Part shown: positions 44,386 through 44,534 of the stretch, in pieces
Numbering within the stretch: the first letter of the stretch is position 1
Layout of the letters: each line of letters starts with the position of its first letter
Origin: Vectrevirus LI10P3
Sequence record: OZ035807.1
Direction: 5' to 3' (one strand)
Length of the DNA: 44,534 nt
The notes under the pieces: generated by a model
Told to the model about the DNA's origin: nothing
The model's database searches: none
What the model saw: the letters and a program-made list of their open reading frames with translations, nothing else
Translations under genes and position numbers: made by a program

Positions 44386-44534
44386 ATGATTAACTCCGAA
44401 CTGGTAGATAGTGGTGTGAAGCTTGCGCCACCTGCATTAGTCTCAGGTGGGTACTTCCTCGGTATCAGTTGGAATGATTGGGTTCTTATAGCTACATTCA
44501 TTTATACTGTATTACAAATTGGCGATTGGTTTTA
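44386..44534 (+). CDS. class II holin (T7 gp17.5-like), truncated by window end
   Basis: RBS TAAGGAGG; ...GISWNDWVLIATFIYTVLQIGDWF resembles the T7 holin transmembrane segment; reading frame continues into positions 1-46 if the sequence is circularised. Confidence 0.55.
   Translation, partial: MINSELVDSGVKLAPPALVSGGYFLGISWNDWVLIATFIYTVLQIGDWF

Overview
The window looks like an essentially complete, rotated genome (~44.5 kb) of a T7-supergroup podophage of the SP6-like type (Autographiviridae). All credible genes are on the + strand. Calls rest on motifs read directly from the translations and on synteny with T7/SP6; where I compare to T7 or SP6 sequences, that is from memory, not a search. 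Gene order in the window: holin C-terminus/small terminase, HNH endonuclease, large terminase, two paralogous small proteins, M15 endolysin, spanin-like ORFs, two beta-helix tailspikes, genome-terminus region (GC-rich island flanked by CTTAGTR heptamer arrays), early region (sigma70-like promoters, RNase III-like sites, Ocr homolog), single-subunit RNA polymerase, putative replication origin, primase/helicase, DNA polymerase, exonuclease, endonuclease VII, metallophosphatase, ligase, second HNH, GNAT acetyltransferase, portal, scaffold, capsid, tail tube A/B, three internal virion proteins, tail-fiber adaptor, holin. Thirteen copies of a phage promoter (consensus ATTTACYGGACACTATAGAAGAG) and six copies of a perfect GTCTCACATGTGAGAC palindrome punctuate the genome. 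I see no CRISPR array, tRNA or integrase, and no recognisable stand-alone defence system. The most unexplained items are the recurring palindrome, a very acidic codon-optimised 125-aa protein with its own promoter and terminator, the early-region ORFs around ocr, a tandem paralog pair after the terminase, and an oddly arranged lysis cassette. Coordinates of elements read by eye (promoters, hairpins, ORFs under 60 aa) may be off by 1-2 nt.
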